From: the human T2T-CHM13v2.0 reference genome, Homo sapiens
NCBI RefSeq assembly: GCF_009914755.1
Contig: NC_060928.1
Reading direction: 5' to 3' (one strand)
Length of the DNA: 64,000 bases
Shown: in pieces, positions 57,357-64,000 of the stretch
How positions within the stretch are numbered: the first letter of the stretch is position 1
Layout of the letters: every line of letters starts with the position of its first letter
Notes under the pieces: model-generated
The model's database searches: none
What the model was told of the DNA's origin: nothing
What the model saw: only the letters and a program-made list of their open reading frames with translations
Position numbers and translations under genes: made by a program

Positions 57357-60300
57357 TGACTCAGACCTCTAATCCCTTCCCCATTACATAAACCTACTAG
57401 TCCTTTTTAGCATAAGGATCCAACAGAACATCTTTGAGCCTAACCATGCTGCATCTTGGGGGTTACAGGGTGTTTCTGTGAGTCTCGGAACAGGCCCTTA
57501 GAGTCCAACTTGCACAGCTCTAATCAGTGGTCCTGGAGGGGGTCTTGTTTGGGGATGATATTACCTGGAAATGGTAAAATTTAAAAAGAGGCACCCTTGA
57601 CCTCCCCTTAGCCCCCAGCAATGAGCTCCATAGAAAAAATCATGGAAGAATTAAAAAGACTTGGATTATGAAAACAAGTTCAAAAAAATTTCTTATTGTC
57701 TTTGAAATCAAATAATCACTTCCTCAATCTGTGTTCTGAAACTTTTCATCAAATGACCACACTTTAATTTTCCAGCCTCATGTCTCTCTATTTTACTAAA
57801 ACTTTCTCCTCTCCTACTCATCAGCTATGCCAGTCATATCTTTTTTGCAAAGCCAAATGCCATTTTCCCCAGTAAGGCTAGGGGTAAGCCACACCTTCTC
57901 CAAAAACCTTTTTACCATGGCTCTCTAGGTCATTCAAGTCTGTTCCACTCTTTCCAGTCCTCAGCAAAAATCTATGCATGATGCCATGTTAGAATATTAT
58001 CTTGCAAGTGTAATCAAGTTATTTCAAGTAGGGATGATTTGTTTCCCAAAATAGGCATCAAGTTTGCAGCAAATTTGTCTCAGGAGAAATCTGTTTTCTT
58101 TTTTGCCTTCCCAGGGCACTAGTAAATCATATATTCATTCCACTTGCAAATGTTTGTGACTAGAGGAATAGATGAATGAATCTATGGATCTCCAAAAGCA
58201 GATCGTTTGAAGGTAATAGCGAATAATGTAGGATCAAAAAGGGAAAGGTAAAGCCAGATAGCATTTATTTTAGAAGAAACCCATTTTTGAGAGACCATAA
58301 TAATTCCTAATAAGAGGCAGCCCCAAATAAGCCTACTGAGCCAGTTATTGAGTTGTAGGGAAGTGGTTCCTGCACAATCCAGGTACCTATATTGTTCCCT
58401 GACTTCTGACAGAGATGTGCCTCTCATTATAATTGACCAAATCGATTGTTTCTTTCATTAATGTTTTTGCTTAACTTATATAAACCTTATGTGTTCTTAT
58501 AGAAAAATTGGATAATTCAGATTTTAATAATAAAAAAATTAAAATCACATACAGTGCTACCACTTAGAGGTAATCACTGTGAACTGTTTTTAATAACCTT
58601 CCATTCTTTTGTATGTGCATTTTAAAAGAGTTTATATTGTATATACTACTTAGTAAATTTTTACCTTACTTATCGTGAACCTCATTTTAATGGCCATATA
58701 GCAGTCTATCATATTAATATAATACAGTTTCTAAGTCTTTTTTTCTATTGTTGCACCTTAGTCATTTTATACTTCCATTGTTATAAACTCTTTTCAATGA
58801 GTATCCTCAAGATAAATCATTTTATTTATGTCCAATTAATCCTGTAAGATAGTTGCCTCTCAATCAAAGGATATGGATATTTTTAAGGACACATTATTGT
58901 TGAGTGGGTCTTTTATCCCCTCTCACATTTCCACTTCACCCACAGGAAAGACTGAACACACCCCAAGCCTCTACATTTAGGGAAGTGTTGGGGGAGATAC
59001 ATCTGACTTTTCTACATCCCATTCTCTATCCTATTCTGGGAGAAAGAGTGGCTAATTGAAGTGGCCACAGAGCACTTTAGCAGGGCTTCTGTTCATTAGT
59101 AGTTAAGGTCTTTAATTTAAAAGTTGGATCTAAGTGCATCCTGGCCTCCTGCCTTGTCTTATACATCTGGTGTTCTGTATTTCAGTCTGACCTGACCTGA
59201 CTCAGAAGGATAGCCTTCTATCTAGCTTTCTCCAGACTAGCCATACTCCTGGCCTTCTTTGTTCTGGTTGTGACTGAGTACATGGATAAGTTGAAAGTAC
59301 AAATCTGTCTCTTGGCTCCAGGTTCTTGTGGTTGGGTGGATAAGCCAACTCACATTCAAAGATTAGAGAATAGGATCTAAGAAGTCTTACCCAAGATTCC
59401 TGGCCTATTCTCAGCCTGGTTCCAGTGTGTCAGTGTTTATGTAGGAGGATGGAGGCAGGAAGGATATTAAGCACTGGCCAATATTAAATAGACCAGCACT
59501 TTACCTTTACTTTTTCATCATTTCTTTTGTGCATCCTCTCCTATCAGTTCCTGAAACCTAGAGTAGAGTACTTCCTTCAAAAAGGGCTGTGAACATGAAA
59601 ATGACTCAGAGGATATTATCAAGTACATTTGTCATGTCTTGACAGGAAGTGTTTTAATGTCCATGCCGTAGTGGTGGTCAAATCTATCAAATGTTTTATT
59701 TATGGTTCCAGCCCCTGACATCTTACTTGGACAGGTTTTTCTCAGCCTAAATTTAAATTTAAATCCATGTATTTTTCCTCCAGGTAGGTTTTTGATTTCA
59801 TTTTGGGTTTTGAAATTGTTTGACTCATTACCTTGGTTTGAGGTATGAAACAGGGGATCTCAGTTAATTATTTCCGCCAAAGGTAAATAAATTGTATTTT
59901 ATTATGTGATTATTTTTCTACATATATACTTAGCTACCTTCCTGGACTCTCTCTATCCTCTTTTGGTCTTTTGATCTGCCTGTCATTCTTAATTATTTGA
60001 GCAGATTAAGAGCATTCTGCTGTTATTAGCAATACTAACAAGTAAATATGTGGAAAAATAATATTAAATATTAGATTGGGATGAAAATTTAAGGGAAAAG
60101 TGTTATTCTGCATAAAACGGTGAATTAGGGTTTTGCAAAGTTTTTTGGAAGAGTTTAATATAACTGATGAAAGAGTGTGTCAGTGATAAGAAGCTTTAAT
60201 ACTGAATGGAGAAAAGGTAAAGGAGAGTTAGAGAAGAAAGCAAACTTCAGGAAAGCTCGTGCATTTGCTCTCTGGAAAAGGGTCCCTTGGTGGAAGATTT

Positions 60301-62322
60301 GACCTGTTCATTGCCAAGAATGGCTATATTCCTCTCATAGAGACACATACACCAGCCTCTCAGAGCCTGAAGTTGACCAGCCATTTGAATTTTACTTGCT
60401 CCCTTTGCTCTGATTTGCTGCTCAACAATTAAGTCCCAAAATAAAAGCTGGATTCTTACTTACCTTGCCTACAGGGAGAGAAGGTGCTTGCCTGAGGATG
60501 TCTGGCCTATTGGCAGTTAGAAATCTTGTAAATTCTTAAACCGTATCCTCCTGTCAGCTTGTTTATGCCGGTGTCACTGAGATTTGTGTCTATGCATACA
60601 GAAGAAGCACAAGGACACTAGCATAGTTTTTCTCTGAGCAGAGCTAACAGCATTTATGTAAGAATCAGACATCGGCCTTTGTCTCAAGCGAGCCAAACAA
60701 TCTAGATACCTAAAATCACAGTTTCTCTACACATCTGTAGATTAGAGTTTATTTTCACTTTTTTTTATATTTTAAAGGTGAAAAGGACAGGATATCTGGG
60801 ACCTGCATTTAATAATGTCAAATGATTTTAAAGAAGATTTAAGGTACAAGCTTATATATATTTATTATTTATCTCCAAGAAAGCATACTTGTTAGAAATG
60901 TATTAACCTCTCTTAGAAAGAAATTCCAAGAAAACTTATGTGATTATGACTATATGCATTGCAGCAACTGCAAGAGCTCCCCACATTTAAGTAAAAATGA
61001 GTGGACCACTCAGACAAAGAAAAATTGGAGTTGATATGTGAAAAAATTCTGTTTAATTTGTTTTTCAAATCTTGAAAAACCAACAAGTGGATTTAATTGC
61101 TTAGCAGTTCTCCACCCAACAAGTGGGAGGAACTGAGAAAAAAGGAAATTTATTGCAAATCTGTTCCTTTTCTTCTTGAAACAATCTAGTTTAAAGTGAT
61201 GGCTCAATGAGTATTTGACTTCTCTCAAAATACTTTTCTCAAGTTTATACTTTGCTAAAGTATCTTATTTCTTGATATTTCAGCTCTAGGCATTATCTAC
61301 AGACTCTCTTCTCTTGCAGATGAGAATTTTACACTTACATTTACCCTGGTTCCCACCATATGCTTTGCCTCATGTCAATATATCAAAATCAAAATTTCTG
61401 GTTACGTTGATACTCAACATTTAATTATTGTGACTAAGTAAATTCTGTTTACTGCCAAGCCAATTGTGCAATTTATTCTGCTAAAGACCATGCTGTTGTT
61501 TTTTGTTTTAATAGGAATTACCTCAAATAACATCAGTAACAGTGGAATGACCAGTACAACTCGGAAGTCATATTATTTTATATGACATTTTGCATGATGT
61601 GTTAGTATTTTGAGGTCATCAAGGATAAGTGATTTTACAATTAAAAGGAAGCCTTAGCAATATACATATGTACATTACAAAACTGCTGAAAATCCTATAA
61701 AATGCCTTTCTTTAGAGCAAGAAGTTGCTGATTTAGTGACTGCAAGAACTGCTACAACCTCTACTGTCTTAAATATTTTGGGAAACTAAGTGCAGAAGAC
61801 ATCTCCTCTGACATTAAAACATTTGTTGATGGAGAAGACTATCCCTGTATCACAGTTTTAATTTTGATGAAATCAGCCACTCACAAAATAAAAACAAGCT
61901 AGATAACCTAAAAGGAAATATTTTAAACCCATCAAATACTTAAAGTCTTAAAGTAACATAATGAATTAAAGTATGAGAAATGCCCAGTCCTCTTAGGAGA
62001 TACAGAAACCATGGATGTTTTCATCTTTGGTAAAGTAGCAGGGAGAAGAGGAAACTTCCATAGACACAGCAGGAAGAAAACAGGTGAACTTTTAAGGATT
62101 TTTAAAGGCTGAGTACAGGCTGGTATAAGAGTTTAGAGACCTTGAGGGTCCTGTAGACAAGCAGAACCTACGCTGCCTGCCAACTTTTTAACACAGGCCT
62201 TCACTGAACACTCACCAGAAAGATAGCTGGCAAGGAAGGAGAACTGAGACCCTTTCACAGTGCAAGTGCTGCCAACCTGCTGTAGTCTGAGGGCAGAGCA
62301 AAGAACTAAGAGAAACTCCCCG

Positions 62323-62801
<479 letters not shown>

Positions 62802-63069
62802 TCAGCCATCAAAGGAGGACCAGAAGAGCTGAAAGAAACCACCCACATAAGTGCAGAGGTACTGAGATAAGGAAAACAATACTGAGGAAATCCCTTACAG
62901 GCAACCAGGCTGACACTGCAGACCAGGAAATGGCTTTCTACCACCTGAACAAATACTGCTTGGAGAATTGGATATTCATATAGGAAAACAAATGTTACAT
63001 CATAATGAAAAGTAATGTGAGATGGATTATAGACTTAGAATTAAAGCTAAAACTGTACAACTTCTAGAA

Positions 63070-63700
<631 letters not shown>

Positions 63701-64000
63701 TTTCTGGGAGATAACATAGGAGAATCTTCACTATGTTGGTTTAGGCAAAGATTTCTTAGAGCAGAGTCAGATGACATTAACCAGAAAAGAAAATCATTGA
63801 TAAACTGAACTTCATCAAAACTAAAACTTCCACTCACAAAATTTCACCATTAAGAAAAGAAATAGATGAGGCTCCAACTGGAGAAAATAGTCTTAACACA
63901 AATATTTGACAATTACAACTCAATAATAAAAAGACAACCCAGTGGGCAAAGACTTGACAGATATTTGAGAAGATACATAAATGGCCAATTCACATATTAA

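Overview
Primate genomic DNA, almost certainly human, carrying the 3' part of the interleukin-15 gene (IL15) on the + strand. Six GT-AG-bounded coding exons (18784-18795, 19788-19885, 21243-21327, 27262-27306, 29169-29306, 32060-32170; 489 nt) splice into the 162-aa long-signal-peptide precursor (MRISKPHLRS...FINTS). The 119-nt alternative exon 4a (20378-20496) gives the 21-aa short-signal-peptide isoform. The promoter and first non-coding exons lie upstream of the window. The rest is intronic or intergenic and dominated by decayed L1s, Alus, MaLR LTRs, L2/MIR and DNA-transposon fossils; repeat subfamily names are by-eye recognition and many boundaries are approximate. I see no evidence of a new multi-gene system. 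The best leads are IL15 isoform-control features (an in-frame ATG just upstream of exon 5, stacked uORFs, candidate cryptic exons and splice sites, tandem poly(A) signals) and retrotransposition or repair scars (a 5'-inverted Alu, a templated 140-bp insert in an L1, fold-back palindromes).
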